Assembly (NCBI GenBank): GCA_035546615.1
Contig: DASZWM010000002.1
Coordinates: 1 to 64,000, forward strand
DNA from: Minisyncoccota bacterium
GTDB lineage: Bacteria; Patescibacteriota; Minisyncoccia; Phycocordibacterales; SBAW01
Length of the DNA: 64,000 bases
Reading direction: 5' to 3'
Positions 7,041-16,768 of the stretch are shown piece after piece. Each line of letters starts with the position of its first letter. Position 1 is the first letter of the stretch. The notes beneath the pieces were generated by a model that did not search any database, was not told the DNA's origin, and saw nothing but the letters and a program-made list of their open reading frames with translations. The position numbers were made by a program, and so were the translations under genes.

Positions 7041-9191
7041 TTATACCGTCTCTTTTGCGGGCCACGCCTCGACCATCAACAAGTCTTTCGTATTCGGCAT
7101 GGAAGACCAGATCTCCTCGGTTACGAACGGCATGAACGGATGCATGCCTTTCAGCAGCACTTCTAGCGCCTGCAGCAAAGCGGCCGCGCGGGATTTCGCG
7201 CGCGCAGCGTCGGGGCCTTTCAAAAGCGGCTTGCTCTCCTCCAGTATGGCGTCCGCAAAGCGGTGCCATATGAATTGGTACATTGTATCGGCTGCCAGGT
7301 CGAGCCGGAACGAGTCTATGTGCGTTGCCGCCTCTTGCGCGGCCCCGCGCGCTTCCTCCACGATCGCCTCGTCCTCAGGCGCGAGGGTAGCATCCGAGTC
7401 CGCTCCGGCTGCCTGCCCGCTTTCAAGGACGAAGCGTGCAATATTCCATATCTTGTTTGCAAAATTCTTATACCCGCGTATGCGGTCTTCCGACAGCTTC
7501 AGGTCGTTGCCGGGAGCGGCGCCGACGATAAGCGAAAGGCGCACGGCGTCGGCGCCGTATTTCTCTATCATGTCCAGCGGGTCGATGATATTGCCGAGGC
7601 TCTTGCTCATCTTGCGGCCTTTCTCGTCGCGCACGAGGCCGTGCAGGTACACGCGCTGGAAGGGCACGGTATCAAGCAGGAAGCCGCTCATGAGTATCAT
7701 GCGCGCGACCCAGAAGAAGAGGATGTCGTAGCCGGTTTCGAGAACCGAAGTAGGATGATAGGTCCTCATGTCAGCCGTCTCCTCGGGCCAGCCGAGCGTG
7801 GAGAACGTCCAGAGGCCCGAAGAGAACCAGGTGTCGAGCGTATCGGAGTCCTGCTCCCAGCCCTCGCCGGGGGATTCCGCGCTGATGCGAATTTCCTCGC
7901 CCTTGTACCAGGCGGGGACGCGGTGGCCGAACCATATCTGCCTTGAGATGCACCAGTCGCGCAGGTTGTCTATCCAATGGTAATAGATCTTCTCGAAGTG
8001 GTCGGGGGTGATAGTGATGTTCTTGCTTTCAACCGCCTTGCGCATAATCTCCTTGAGCGTCGTCTGCTTGCTGTCGCGTTCGAACTCCTTGTTCACGGCG
8101 ACGAACCACTGCTTCATTATCTGCGGCTCGATGACCGCCTCGGTGCGCTCGGCCGTGGCGACATTATGCACGTAGTCCTCATCCACTTTGACGAGCAGGC
8201 CCTTTTCGCGCATTTTCTCGACTATTTTCTCGCGCGCTTCGGCTATCTTGAGCCCCGCGAACTCGCCCGCGATAGGGAGCAGCTTGCCGTACTTGTCGAT
8301 GACCTGCTCCTTGTTGAGCTTGTGGCGCTCGGCTATCTCGAAGTCGATGCCGCTGTGCCAGGGCGTTATCGTCATGACGCCGGTGCCGAACTCCGGATTC
8401 GCCGCCGCGTCTTTGATGACGGTGGCGGTAATGGGTCCGTTTATCCATTCCACTTCCAGCGTATCGCCGTGCTTATACTGCGCATAGCGCGCGTCATCCG
8501 GATGCATCACCACATACTTGTCGCCGAACTTCGTCTCCGGCCGCGCGGTGCCGATGGTGAAGGGGCCGTAGGTGAAGTAGTAGAATTTCGATTTTTCCTC
8601 CCGATATACTATTTCGTCGTCCGAAATCACCGTCTGGCCCTTCGGGTCCCAGTTCACGATGCGCTCGCCCTGGTAGATGAGCCCGGCCTTATGCATGCGG
8701 ATGAACGCCTCGTTCACCGCGCGGCGGCGGGAATCGTCGAGCGTATAGGCCTCGCGGCTCCAGTCTACCGATGCGCCCATGCGGCGCACCTGGTTCACAA
8801 TGGTGTCGTGGCTGGCCTGCGCGAACTCCTCGACGCGCTTGAGGAAGGTTTCGCGGCCGAGGTCATGGCGGTTCACGCCTTCTTTCTTCTGGATCTCCTT
8901 TTCGACCTTTGACTGCGTGGCTATTGCCGCATGGTCGGTACCGGGAACCCACAGGGTCTTAAGCCCGCGCATGCGCGCGAAGCGCACGAGGATATCCTCA
9001 ACCGCGAGCATCGCGGCGTGGCCCAGGTGGAGCGTGCCGGTGACGTTGGGCGGGGGAAGGACAATGGAAAATGACTCCGTGCGCTCGCCGGGAAGATTGT
9101 CCGGGTTGAAATAGCCGGAATCCTCCCACTTTTTGTAGATGTCCGTCTCGACCGCCTTGTGGTCGTATGGCTTGAGGAATTTGCTGTCCAT
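7041..9191 (-). CDS. valS: Valine--tRNA ligase (compact form lacking the C-terminal coiled coil)
   Basis: Class I HIGH motif (PPNVTGTLHLGHA), KMSKS motif (KMSKSLGN), and the WCISRQ and DTLDTWFSS motifs typical of ValRS. Length 716 aa. Confidence 0.85.
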   Translation of the reverse strand: MDSKFLKPYDHKAVETDIYKKWEDSGYFNPDNLPGERTESFSIVLPPPNVTGTLHLGHAAMLAVEDILVRFARMRGLKTLWVPGTDHAAIATQSKVEKEIQKKEGVNRHDLGRETFLKRVEEFAQASHDTIVNQVRRMGASVDWSREAYTLDDSRRRAVNEAFIRMHKAGLIYQGERIVNWDPKGQTVISDDEIVYREEKSKFYYFTYGPFTIGTARPETKFGDKYVVMHPDDARYAQYKHGDTLEVEWINGPITATVIKDAAANPEFGTGVMTITPWHSGIDFEIAERHKLNKEQVIDKYGKLLPIAGEFAGLKIAEAREKIVEKMREKGLLVKVDEDYVHNVATAERTEAVIEPQIMKQWFVAVNKEFERDSKQTTLKEIMRKAVESKNITITPDHFEKIYYHWIDNLRDWCISRQIWFGHRVPAWYKGEEIRISAESPGEGWEQDSDTLDTWFSSGLWTFSTLGWPEETADMRTYHPTSVLETGYDILFFWVARMILMSGFLLDTVPFQRVYLHGLVRDEKGRKMSKSLGNIIDPLDMIEKYGADAVRLSLIVGAAPGNDLKLSEDRIRGYKNFANKIWNIARFVLESGQAAGADSDATLAPEDEAIVEEARGAAQEAATHIDSFRLDLAADTMYQFIWHRFADAILEESKPLLKGPDAARAKSRAAALLQALEVLLKGMHPFMPFVTEEIWSSMPNTKDLLMVEAWPAKETV

Positions 9192-9243
9192 TGCTGCAAA
9201 TACTACGCCAAATAAGGCTTTTTTAGAAGGGTCAAGGACATAT

Positions 9244-9272
9244 TTGCTTTTTATGCTAAAATATGATATAAT
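9244..9272 (+). promoter_or_regulatory. Sigma70-like promoter candidate TTGCTT-N17-TATAAT
   Basis: Near-consensus -35/-10 with 17-nt spacer in an AT-rich intergenic region upstream of ORF 9344..9769. The valS start is divergent to it. Confidence 0.35.
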
Positions 9273-9343
9273 TGTAAAGCTGACCGGAATGGTAGCCGTT
9301 TAACTGATGAGCGGTTAGATGAACTCCAGAACAGGGGTTATTA

Positions 9344-9769
9344 ATGTCCAAAGAAATCGTTCTTTCAGGCTCCGCCCGTCTCGCACTCTTCATTGTCGAG
9401 AAGGCGCTCAGCGTCTTACTCGATAAGGAGATCATGCTTAAGGATTGCACCATCCTTCTGCATGAGCCGTGGGCCCACAAATTCGAAAATGGTGCTCAGA
9501 TTCGTGAAGGGAGAATCACAGGTAATCTTTGGCTTAAGGAGGGTGAGAAGCCGGAGCCTGTGGACGCGGTAGTGTCTCTCTTCTGTTTCGATGACGGTCG
9601 CCCAGCCATGATCTCTGGCAATCAACAAGTCATTCGGATTCCGACCTCGGGAATACTGGTATACGCGAATTGGCAAGAGAATGGTGCTATTCGGGTGGGG
9701 GATGCAAATATTTCCCCGATTCCCTGGTTTTATACCCCAGACTACGTAAAGGGATCCCTTGACCGTTAA
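9344..9769 (+). CDS. Hypothetical protein
   Basis: 141 aa ORF in a lower-GC patch. No recognisable motif. Confidence 0.4.
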   Translation: MSKEIVLSGSARLALFIVEKALSVLLDKEIMLKDCTILLHEPWAHKFENGAQIREGRITGNLWLKEGEKPEPVDAVVSLFCFDDGRPAMISGNQQVIRIPTSGILVYANWQENGAIRVGDANISPIPWFYTPDYVKGSLDR

Positions 9770-9790
9770 CCAAGTCGCCGCTTCCGGCGC

Positions 9791-9818
9791 AGAGCCAGCA
9801 TCGAAAGGTGCTGGCTCT
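9791..9818. terminator. Bidirectional hairpin between convergent genes
   Basis: Perfect 10-bp stem AGAGCCAGCA-tcgaaagg-TGCTGGCTCT between ORF 9344..9769 (+) and tsaD (-). Confidence 0.5.
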
Positions 9819-9820
9819 AG

Positions 9821-10915
9821 CTATTTTACTATCGACAATTGACCCTCCGCCCTGAAGTCTTCCTTTGTTGCGTCATCAAGGCCGTTTAAGCGCCTTGCGA
9901 GCGCGGCTTCGGCTATCATTATCGCGTTGTCACCGGTTATGGAGAGCTCCGGCAGCCGGAATTCGGCGTATGAAAAGTCTTTTTCGATAAGCTTTTGCAG
10001 CTGGCTCCGCAGATGGGCGTTCGCCGCGACCCCGCCGCCGATGACGAACGTCTTGGCACCCGTTTGTTCCATCGCGCGGGCCGTTTTCTTAAGCAGTATC
10101 TCCGTTACAGCATCCTCGAACTCGCGCGCAAAATCCGCTATTTGTTCGGCCGAAAGCGTTTGTATGCCGCCCATGTCGCGCAGGGCGTAAAGCGCGGCAG
10201 TCTTAAGGCCGGAGAAAGAGACGTCGCAAGTGTCCGCCTGAAGCATGGGACGGGGAAGCGAGACAACGCTTTTTTTTCGCGAGGTTTCACCTCGCGAAAA
10301 ACTGGCAAGCCGGGAGATTTCCGGACCGCCGGGGTAGGCGAGGCCGAGCATGCGCGCAACCTTATCGAACGCTTCGCCAACGGCGTCGTCGAGCGTCTCG
10401 CCGATAATTTCATACTTGAACCACTCGCGCATGAGCACGAACTCAGTGTGCCCGCCGGATATCAAAAGCCCTAGGACGGGGAACTGCACATTCTTAATTT
10501 CCATCATTTTAGCTTTTTGCAAAAAGCTAAAATGATTGCTTCCTGTTTGTGCAAGGGAAGAGATAAGATGCCCCTCCATATGGTTGGTCGGCAGGAGCGG
10601 CAGATTTTTATCAGCCGCGAGCTTCTTGGCGAATTCGATGCCGGTCCAGAGCGCTGGCTCAAGCCCCGGGCCCTGAGTTACCGCGATAGCGTTCGCTTCT
10701 TCATCCTTAAACTGCTCAAATAGCACGGGCAGGTTCTTCTGGTGCTCGCGCTTGGCGAGATTGGGGTAGACCCCGCCATACTCGGCGTGTAATTGGGCTT
10801 GCGAAAGGAGAGCGTGCTTAAGCACGCTAAATGCGAATCCACCGGCGGTCTTTTCTCCTTCAACTAAGGCAATACCCGTCTCGTCGCAGGAGGTTTCTAT
10901 AGCGAGGATTTTCAT
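9821..10915 (-). CDS. tsaD: tRNA N6-adenosine threonylcarbamoyltransferase TsaD (Kae1/YgjD)
   Basis: Aligns along its whole length with TsaD: MKILAIETSCDETG, HMEGHL, SGGHTEF, FSGLKT and GGGVAAN motifs. Contains an in-frame insertion of about 15 aa encoded by a palindromic repeat (see findings). Confidence 0.9.
   Translation of the reverse strand: MKILAIETSCDETGIALVEGEKTAGGFAFSVLKHALLSQAQLHAEYGGVYPNLAKREHQKNLPVLFEQFKDEEANAIAVTQGPGLEPALWTGIEFAKKLAADKNLPLLPTNHMEGHLISSLAQTGSNHFSFLQKAKMMEIKNVQFPVLGLLISGGHTEFVLMREWFKYEIIGETLDDAVGEAFDKVARMLGLAYPGGPEISRLASFSRGETSRKKSVVSLPRPMLQADTCDVSFSGLKTAALYALRDMGGIQTLSAEQIADFAREFEDAVTEILLKKTARAMEQTGAKTFVIGGGVAANAHLRSQLQKLIEKDFSYAEFRLPELSITGDNAIMIAEAALARRLNGLDDATKEDFRAEGQLSIVK
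10505..10534. repeat. Perfect 30-nt palindrome CATTTTAGCTTTTTG|CAAAAAGCTAAAATG (core of a 45-nt repeat, copy 1)
   Basis: Perfect inverted repeat inside the tsaD coding sequence. Near-identical copy at 30632..30661. Confidence 0.7.
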
Positions 10916-11051
10916 AGTCTTTTTGTGTCACAAATATTTCTTCGCCGTCGCTCAGAAATTTTGCGACCCCGGCTCGCGGTTTTGCAATTGCAAAACATCG
11001 CTGCGCCCCGCACCAGGTGCAAAAACTGCCGCAGGGCAGATTTTGCGTCTC
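10916..11051 (-). repeat. tRNA-Val trailer element (family A, copy 3)
   Basis: In tRNA sense: GAGACGCAAAAT, then hairpin CTGCC/GGCAG plus T-run, then GTGCGGGGCGCAGCGATG, hairpin TTTTGCAATTGCAAAA, CCGCGAGCCGGGGTCGC, hairpin GTCGC/GCGAC, GGCGAAGAAATATTTGTGAC, then the tsaD ATG. Homologous to 39607..39760 and 49790..49943. Confidence 0.45.
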
Positions 11052-11127
11052 TGGTGCGCGGTGAGGGATTCGAACCCCCGACATCGTCAACGTCAATGAC
11101 GCGCTCTACCAACTGAGCTAACCGCGC
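11052..11127 (-). tRNA. tRNA-Val (anticodon GAC), CCA encoded
   Basis: Reverse complement gives GCGCGGT-TA-GCTCAGTTGGTAGAGC-G-CGTCA-TTGACGT-TGACG-ATGTC-GGGGG-TTCGAAT-CCCTC-ACCGCGC-A-CCA. Confidence 0.8.
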
Positions 11128-11812
11128 GATTCCGTATTACCTTCTGGCAATACAATTGATAAAGATACAATAAATCCCGTTGTATTGCCACATCGTAATA
11201 TGAAACTATGCATACTCCTTTATAGGAATTACGTGATTTCTTCCCGATGGTCCTTTTGTCAAAATAAACACCTTTGAACTGATCTTGTGGAATTGCGAGC
11301 GCTGCGCACCAGTACTTGATTATTTCCGAAGGTCTCTGATCCGCCCGTATATGCACTTCGCACCGCATCCTTTTAAGATCTATCCTGTACGAAAGGCATA
11401 AGGCGCTTATAAAAAAGTTCAATATGTTGGGATCAGCATTTCCTAACACCAAGCCTTTCTCTCGTTTCGTTCCTTCTCCCCAATACAGCATCGCCAAAGC
11501 AAGCTTAAGTATCTCCTTATCTTTGTAGCCAATCCGCTGGATCGTTCTTTCCGCCCGGGTTTTCGCTGCTTCTATGCGCTGCATTTTTTGTTGAGTATGC
11601 CGAAGAGCAGCCTTTTCACGGGCAAGAATAAGGGCGTTTTTCCTACTTCGTTCGAGCCTGTCGCGATAGGTAGGCGGAAGTTCCACATTTCTAAGCCACC
11701 CGCTAAGAGTAGAGCGCGGGATTTGAAGTGCCTCTTCTATATTCCTAATGGAAGCTCCTTTGATTCTCAGGCGAACAGCCTTGTCCCGCAAACCAGAAAA
11801 ACGAGATGTCAT
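11093..11812 (-). CDS. HTH plus LAGLIDADG-like (homing endonuclease-like) protein, paralog of 4079..4711
   Basis: Internal Met of ORF 11093..11938. HTH-like segment IRNIEEALQIPRSTLSGWL and variant motif LAMLYWGEGTKREKGLVL. Collinear similarity to the 4079..4711 product. Lower GC. The 3' end overlaps the 5' end of tRNA-Val by about 35 nt. Confidence 0.4.
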   Translation of the reverse strand: MTSRFSGLRDKAVRLRIKGASIRNIEEALQIPRSTLSGWLRNVELPPTYRDRLERSRKNALILAREKAALRHTQQKMQRIEAAKTRAERTIQRIGYKDKEILKLALAMLYWGEGTKREKGLVLGNADPNILNFFISALCLSYRIDLKRMRCEVHIRADQRPSEIIKYWCAALAIPQDQFKGVYFDKRTIGKKSRNSYKGVCIVSYYDVAIQRDLLYLYQLYCQKVIRNRAVSSVGRARH

Positions 11813-11828
11813 ATTATCCAGTGTACAC

Positions 11829-12116
11829 TCAATGGTTCCAAGACTCAATCCTTTTTTGCTTATCTTCTCCCCAGCGCCACCGCGCAGGCTCGCCCCGTTT
11901 GTAACATATCCAGAAAAGCAGGCCGGTAGTAACCGCAATATACGGTATCAACAATAAAATTCCCCATACGTTGCCGCTCGTTACGATGAGATGCACGAGC
12001 AAGAGCGCTCCGGCGATAAAAGATAGCATCCACAAGAGCATCACCAAGAACCCTTCCTTCGTAGCGGGGTACCAGCCATATCCGTACTGCTTCGCCTTGA
12101 ACCAGTATTTTTCCAT
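11829..12116 (-). CDS. Hypothetical small membrane protein
   Basis: Internal Met ([23 protein letters not shown]...) of ORF 11829..12191. Two predicted TM helices. Starts 5 nt downstream of tRNA-Ser. Confidence 0.35.
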   Translation of the reverse strand: MEKYWFKAKQYGYGWYPATKEGFLVMLLWMLSFIAGALLLVHLIVTSGNVWGILLLIPYIAVTTGLLFWICYKRGEPARWRWGEDKQKRIESWNH

Positions 12117-12120
12117 ACTG

Positions 12121-12205
12121 CGGAGGAGGTGGGATTCGAACCCACGATACCTTGCGGTATACCGGTTTTCGAAACCGGCGCGTTCGACCACTCTGCCACT
12201 CCTCC
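12121..12205 (-). tRNA. tRNA-Ser (anticodon CGA), long variable arm
   Basis: Reverse complement gives GGAGGAG-TG-GCAGAGTGGTCGAACGC-G-CCGGT-TTCGAAA-ACCGG-TATACCGCAAGGTATC-GTGGG-TTCGAAT-CCCAC-CTCCTCC-G. Confidence 0.8.
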
Positions 12206-12262
12206 GTACCTAACCGAATTAAAGTACCATTTTTTCTCAATTTAGGCTATATTTTGTCGTAC

Positions 12263-12334
12263 GGCCCTATCGTCTAACGGTTAGGACATCGGCTTTTCAA
12301 GCCGGTAATAGGGGTTCGATTCCCCTTAGGGCTA
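12263..12334 (+). tRNA. tRNA-Glu (anticodon TTC)
   Basis: GGCCCTA-TC-GTCTAACGGTTAGGAC-A-TCGGC-TTTTCAA-GCCGG-TAAT-AGGGG-TTCGATT-CCCCT-TAGGGCT-A, with a G1-U72 wobble. Confidence 0.75.
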
Positions 12335-12359
12335 CAAATTTAGGGAGTATACTTGGAGC

Positions 12360-12524
12360 ATGCAAAAGATAAAAATAGAGAACCATACGCTCTCGGGCGG
12401 GGCGTGGATAGCGGCGTGGCTTTTTACTATCGGCTACCTTCAGCTCACATTCTGGCAAGGCGTTCTCGCGGTTATACTGTGGCCCTACTATCTGGGGGTC
12501 GCGTTCAGCACGTTCTTCCACTAA
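12360..12524 (+). CDS. Small membrane protein (54 aa), not in the ORF track
   Basis: ATG at 12360 with AGGGAG 12 nt upstream. Translation MQKIKIENHTLSGGAWIAAWLFTIGYLQLTFWQGVLAVILWPYYLGVAFSTFFH has two hydrophobic helices. Confidence 0.3.
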   Translation: MQKIKIENHTLSGGAWIAAWLFTIGYLQLTFWQGVLAVILWPYYLGVAFSTFFH

Positions 12525-12528
12525 GCGT

Positions 12529-12927
12529 ATGTACGGCTACATTACGAACATCGAGAAGGCGTCGCTTGAGAACGAATACTTTCGGCGGGTGCTCTACACC
12601 GACAAGCGCCTCCAGCTTGTGGTGATGAGCCTCAATCCCCGCGAGGATATCGGCGAAGAAGTGCATCCGCTTGACCAGTTCATCCGCGTGGAGCAGGGCG
12701 ACGGCAAGGCCGTATTGGACGGCAAAGAGACCGAAATCCACGACGGCTCGGTGGTTATCATTCCGCAGGGAACCCGGCACAACATCGTCAACCTGTCTCC
12801 TGACCAGCCGATGAAGCTTTACACCCTGTACGCTCCGCCGGACCACAAGGACGGCACTATACATAAGACAAAAGCGGACGCGCAGGCAGACAAGGGGGAT
12901 GAGTTCGACGGCAAGACGAGCGAATAA
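12529..12927 (+). CDS. Cupin domain protein
   Basis: Conserved cupin motifs around EEVHPLDQFIRVEQGDG and GSVVIIPQGTRHNIVN. Confidence 0.65.
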   Translation: MYGYITNIEKASLENEYFRRVLYTDKRLQLVVMSLNPREDIGEEVHPLDQFIRVEQGDGKAVLDGKETEIHDGSVVIIPQGTRHNIVNLSPDQPMKLYTLYAPPDHKDGTIHKTKADAQADKGDEFDGKTSE

Positions 12928-13942
12928 AGAAGTGACAAAGGCCTATATTCAGCATGAGGGTAAAGCCGTAAGCGACCCGCGCTTCAGCCACATGATGGCT
13001 ATTGCCCTGGACTCAAGTTCGCAAAACAAGCGTGGCGTTATTCGCTGTATTGTGAGCCGCCAGGGGAATGTTGCGGAAAAGGGATATGTAGATCGTAGCG
13101 AGTTGCATACAATTTCCGGGGACACACTAGAACACTTTACTGTTGGAGAAAAGCTACAAATAGAAAACGAGAATGTTATTGCTGAGCAGCTAAGTGCAGA
13201 AGGGCTCGATTACCTTGGGCTCGAGGATCCGGATATTTGGATTGACCAAAAGACGGGGCTTTTGCACTTGTACTTCACCATGCCGTTTGTCAGTAAAGAA
13301 GAGGGTCATTCTCAAATTCATCTCGGACATGCTGTAGGCAAGGATTTGAACTCGCTTCAAATGACAATGCCCGCGCTCCGTGCGGATACGGGCGGTAAAA
13401 ACACCGCAAAAGAAGTCTCTATTGCTCCGACAAATAGCAAAGGGCTCCGCTACAATCTTTTTGAATCAAGCCAGATAGAAGGCGGAGTTTGGTATTCTAC
13501 GGTCCGTGTAGGCATTGCGGCAGATATGGACCAGCCGTGGCAGTTTGGCGAAACAGTATTCCATCCTAAAGAAAAAAATATTGCCTGGGCCGGTGGCCAC
13601 GCCTCGCCAGGACCCCTGTTCTCCAAAGAGTTTATTGATGTAGGGGAAGGGAAGCTCCTCGGCATTATGAACGGGCGCGAGGCCAATCAGCAGCCTGGAG
13701 ACAAAACAATATACGGAATGTTTTCAGTCGGACTTTTTGTCTACGATTACGAGAATGGAAAAGTCGACTGGGTCTCGCCCGAGCCGCTCATTATTGATTC
13801 CGAGGCCAAGACGATTACTTTCGCGAGCCAATTTGTCGAGACAGGAAAAGGCGAGGGTATCTTATATGCGCACGTGGATGATTCCTTTGTGCGGGCGTAT
13901 ACACTTAATGCGGAAGCTATAAAAGGGCTCCTGCTGAAATAA
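12899..13942 (+). CDS. Hypothetical protein, possibly a beta-propeller glycosidase-like fold (GH130/DUF377-like)
   Basis: 347 aa ORF. Likely true start at an internal Met near 12989, since the ORF start overlaps the cupin gene. Lower GC. Repeated W/Y-rich beta-strand pattern. No firm motif. Confidence 0.35.
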   Translation: MSSTARRANKEVTKAYIQHEGKAVSDPRFSHMMAIALDSSSQNKRGVIRCIVSRQGNVAEKGYVDRSELHTISGDTLEHFTVGEKLQIENENVIAEQLSAEGLDYLGLEDPDIWIDQKTGLLHLYFTMPFVSKEEGHSQIHLGHAVGKDLNSLQMTMPALRADTGGKNTAKEVSIAPTNSKGLRYNLFESSQIEGGVWYSTVRVGIAADMDQPWQFGETVFHPKEKNIAWAGGHASPGPLFSKEFIDVGEGKLLGIMNGREANQQPGDKTIYGMFSVGLFVYDYENGKVDWVSPEPLIIDSEAKTITFASQFVETGKGEGILYAHVDDSFVRAYTLNAEAIKGLLLK

Positions 13943-13987
13943 AAAGAAAGACCGCCGCGGCTCGGGGGAGCCGCGGCGGTCCTGTGT

Positions 13988-14443
13988 TTAGTTCATGCTC
14001 GGGCCTTCGTGATTGATGGGGAAGCGCTCGAATTCGTCTACCTCGATTTTCTCCGCGAATTCGAGGTGGTAGCCGGTCACGTCCGGGTCGCCTTCCACCC
14101 GGATTCGGCCCTCGAAGGTGGCTTCGAACCAATCGCGCAGAGCGTCGAGGATGCCGCGGTCGCGATAGACCTTCTTGAGGAACTCGTGCATCGCCGGCGA
14201 AGTGTCGGCCAACCTCATCCTGTTGCCGTAAGAATTGGCCGCGATCGAGTTCACGATGCTGGCGCAGATGACAGACTTTTCCGTCTCCAGCAGCCGCACC
14301 AGCTCTTCCGGCTTTTGCACCTGCCGAGGAGGAAGCTGAGATGTCACCCTCAGCTGTTCGCGCCTTGTTTCCCAATCAGCGAGCGCGGCCAGTACGTCAG
14401 AAGGCGTGGCCGCATCCAGGGCTTTAGCCATGTGCTTCTCCAA
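13988..14443 (-). CDS. Hypothetical protein
   Basis: 151 aa ORF, no recognisable motif. Confidence 0.35.
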   Translation of the reverse strand: MEKHMAKALDAATPSDVLAALADWETRREQLRVTSQLPPRQVQKPEELVRLLETEKSVICASIVNSIAANSYGNRMRLADTSPAMHEFLKKVYRDRGILDALRDWFEATFEGRIRVEGDPDVTGYHLEFAEKIEVDEFERFPINHEGPSMN

Positions 14444-14529
14444 GTTTGCGCCGAAGCGCGGTTTCTGAAACTTAGAATTCAGAGGTCTTTCCGCCTCTAT
14501 ATATAAAACAAAAAGTGCTTTCGGTCAAT

Positions 14530-15570
14530 CTAGACCCGGGCCTTAAGCCAGAAGTAGATATCCTCAAGCGCCTTCACCGCGTCGCCGGCGGCGATGTTGT
14601 TCTGATGGTAAAGTTCGTCGGTCACGTCGCCTGCGGCCCAAATTCCAAAAAAATCAGCATCTGCTTCGTTACGGGGCCTCTGTGGCTCGGTCATCGTACC
14701 AGCGGGTACGCCTTCCTCGCCGCTTTCCCCGCGCCTTGCATCTGCCGCTTTTTTTGGAATTTGCGATAAGTATGCACGCTGATTCTTTGGGTTCACCTTC
14801 ACGCGGTCGTATTCGTCCAGTTCGACGAGTCCCTTTACCCAGTCGGTCGACGGCAGCATGCCGATTTCCACGAAAATGCCCGCGACAGGAAGCTCGGAAG
14901 TTTCTCCGGTCTTGGTGTTTTTAACGACCAGGCCCGAGACGAAGTTGTCCCCCTTTACCTCAACCGGGACGGTGTACTGGAGCGCCTTCATATTGGGGTG
15001 CGCCAATACAGCGTCGACGGTGGCGGCATCCGCCTTGGAAAAATCGCTGCGGCAGATGAGAGTGACGCTCTTGCAGTAGGCCAGGAGCTGGGCGGCCGTC
15101 TCGAAGCCCGCGTTGCCGCCGCCGATAACCACCGCGTCCTGGCCGGAGAACAGCGGGCCGTCGCAGGAGGCGCAATAGGTAAGTCCCTTATTCTCGAACT
15201 GCGCGGCGCTCGGTATATCGAGCTTGCGGCGGATGCCGCCGGTCGCCACAAGCAGGGCTTTAGCCTCGTAGGAGCCTTTGGCGGTCGTTACTGAGAATCC
15301 TCCGCCGGTCTTTTCCGCCTTCAGCGCACGCTCGCCCAAATGAACGTCCACGACGTCACCGGCGTACGCGTGCAGGTGCATCTCGAGCTGTTTCGCCAGC
15401 CCCATGCCGCTTACGTGCTGAGTGCCTATCCAATTCTGGATGTCGGTCGAGTCCATGCTCTGGCCGCCGATGGTTTCGGCGATAAAGACGGTCTTGAGCT
15501 TTTTGCGCGCCGCATAGACGCCGGCCGCCACACCGGCGGGTCCGCCGCCGACTATCGCAAGGTCATACAT
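14530..15570 (-). CDS. trxB: Thioredoxin-disulfide reductase with C-terminal extension
   Basis: FAD motif MYDLAIVGGGPAG, redox CASCDG motif, NADPH motif VVIGGGNAG. About 40 aa of acidic C-terminal tail. Confidence 0.85.
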   Translation of the reverse strand: MYDLAIVGGGPAGVAAGVYAARKKLKTVFIAETIGGQSMDSTDIQNWIGTQHVSGMGLAKQLEMHLHAYAGDVVDVHLGERALKAEKTGGGFSVTTAKGSYEAKALLVATGGIRRKLDIPSAAQFENKGLTYCASCDGPLFSGQDAVVIGGGNAGFETAAQLLAYCKSVTLICRSDFSKADAATVDAVLAHPNMKALQYTVPVEVKGDNFVSGLVVKNTKTGETSELPVAGIFVEIGMLPSTDWVKGLVELDEYDRVKVNPKNQRAYLSQIPKKAADARRGESGEEGVPAGTMTEPQRPRNEADADFFGIWAAGDVTDELYHQNNIAAGDAVKALEDIYFWLKARV

Positions 15571-15613
15571 ATTGTGATTTTATCACAAATCCCGCCTTTC
15601 GGCGGGATTGTTC

Positions 15614-16768
15614 CTACTTCATTTTCGGCCTCCGGAGGAAGCTGGGCACCGCGCCCCAGTCGTCGTCTTCCTTGTCCTCCGCCTTCGGCTTGGCCTCCGC
15701 GGGCTCCTTTATGGGCATGCTTGGAGCGTTGTATATCTTGCCGATGGGCTGGGCGTCCGCGTCCTTGTCCTTGGCGAAGGTAAACAGCGGCGTGCCGCGG
15801 GGATTGATGCCAACCGCCGGGAAGCCGGTCGCGATGACGGTCACGCGTATCTCGTTCTTCTTGAGCTTCTCGTCGCGCGTTGCGCCGAAGATAATCTTCG
15901 CGTTCGGGTCAACCGATTCCGTGATTATCTTGGCGGCCTCATGCACCTCTACCATGCCCAGGTCCTCGCCGCCGGCGATGGCGAAGAGTACGCCCTTGGC
16001 GCCGTTGATGGAAAGCTCCAGAAGGGGGGAAGAGACCGCCGCCTTTGCAGCCGCCTGGGCGCGGTTCTCGCCGGAGGCGATGCCGATGCCCATGAGCGCG
16101 GAGCCGGAGTTCTCCATGACCGCGCGCACGTCGGCGAAGTCCACGTTGATGATGCCGGGATTGGTGATGAGGTCGGAAATGCCCTCGACGGCCTGCTTGA
16201 GCACGTCGTCGCACATGGCGAATGCCTGCTTGAGCGTGGTCTCTTTGGCTACGGTTGCGAGCAAACGGTCGTTGGGGATTACGATAAGCGCGTCAACCTC
16301 CTTGCGCAGCTCGTCGAGGCCGGCCTCAGCCAAGCGAAGGCGCTGCTGGCCTTCGAATGAGAAGGGCTTTGTAACGACGCCCACTGTGAGCGCGCCGAGT
16401 TCCTTGGCGGTCTTTGCGACCACGGGCGCCGCGCCGGTGCCGGTGCCGCCGCCCATGCCGCACGCGATGAAGACCATGTCGGAACCCTTGAGCGCCTGCT
16501 GGATCTCCTCCTTGGTCTCGTCGGCCGCGCGCTTGCCGAGCTCGGGGTTCATACCGGTGCCGAGGCCCCGGGTCAGGTTCTTGCCGATGTGTATCTTCTT
16601 CTTGGCGCCCGAGTTGTGGAGGTCCTGCGCGTCGGTGTTGACGGCGATGAAATCCACGCCGCGCACCTTGCTTTCGACCATGTGGTTGACGGCGTTCTTG
16701 CCGGAGCCCCCGACGCCGACGACGCGGATGCGGGCGAACGCTTCGATTTCCGGTTGTATCTGGGGCAT
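15614..16768 (-). CDS. ftsZ: Cell division protein FtsZ
   Basis: Tubulin signature [13 protein letters not shown] and N-terminal [15 protein letters not shown]. Start placed at internal Met MPQIQ; the ORF extends to 16810. Confidence 0.9.
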   Translation of the reverse strand: MPQIQPEIEAFARIRVVGVGGSGKNAVNHMVESKVRGVDFIAVNTDAQDLHNSGAKKKIHIGKNLTRGLGTGMNPELGKRAADETKEEIQQALKGSDMVFIACGMGGGTGTGAAPVVAKTAKELGALTVGVVTKPFSFEGQQRLRLAEAGLDELRKEVDALIVIPNDRLLATVAKETTLKQAFAMCDDVLKQAVEGISDLITNPGIINVDFADVRAVMENSGSALMGIGIASGENRAQAAAKAAVSSPLLELSINGAKGVLFAIAGGEDLGMVEVHEAAKIITESVDPNAKIIFGATRDEKLKKNEIRVTVIATGFPAVGINPRGTPLFTFAKDKDADAQPIGKIYNAPSMPIKEPAEAKPKAEDKEDDDWGAVPSFLRRPKMK

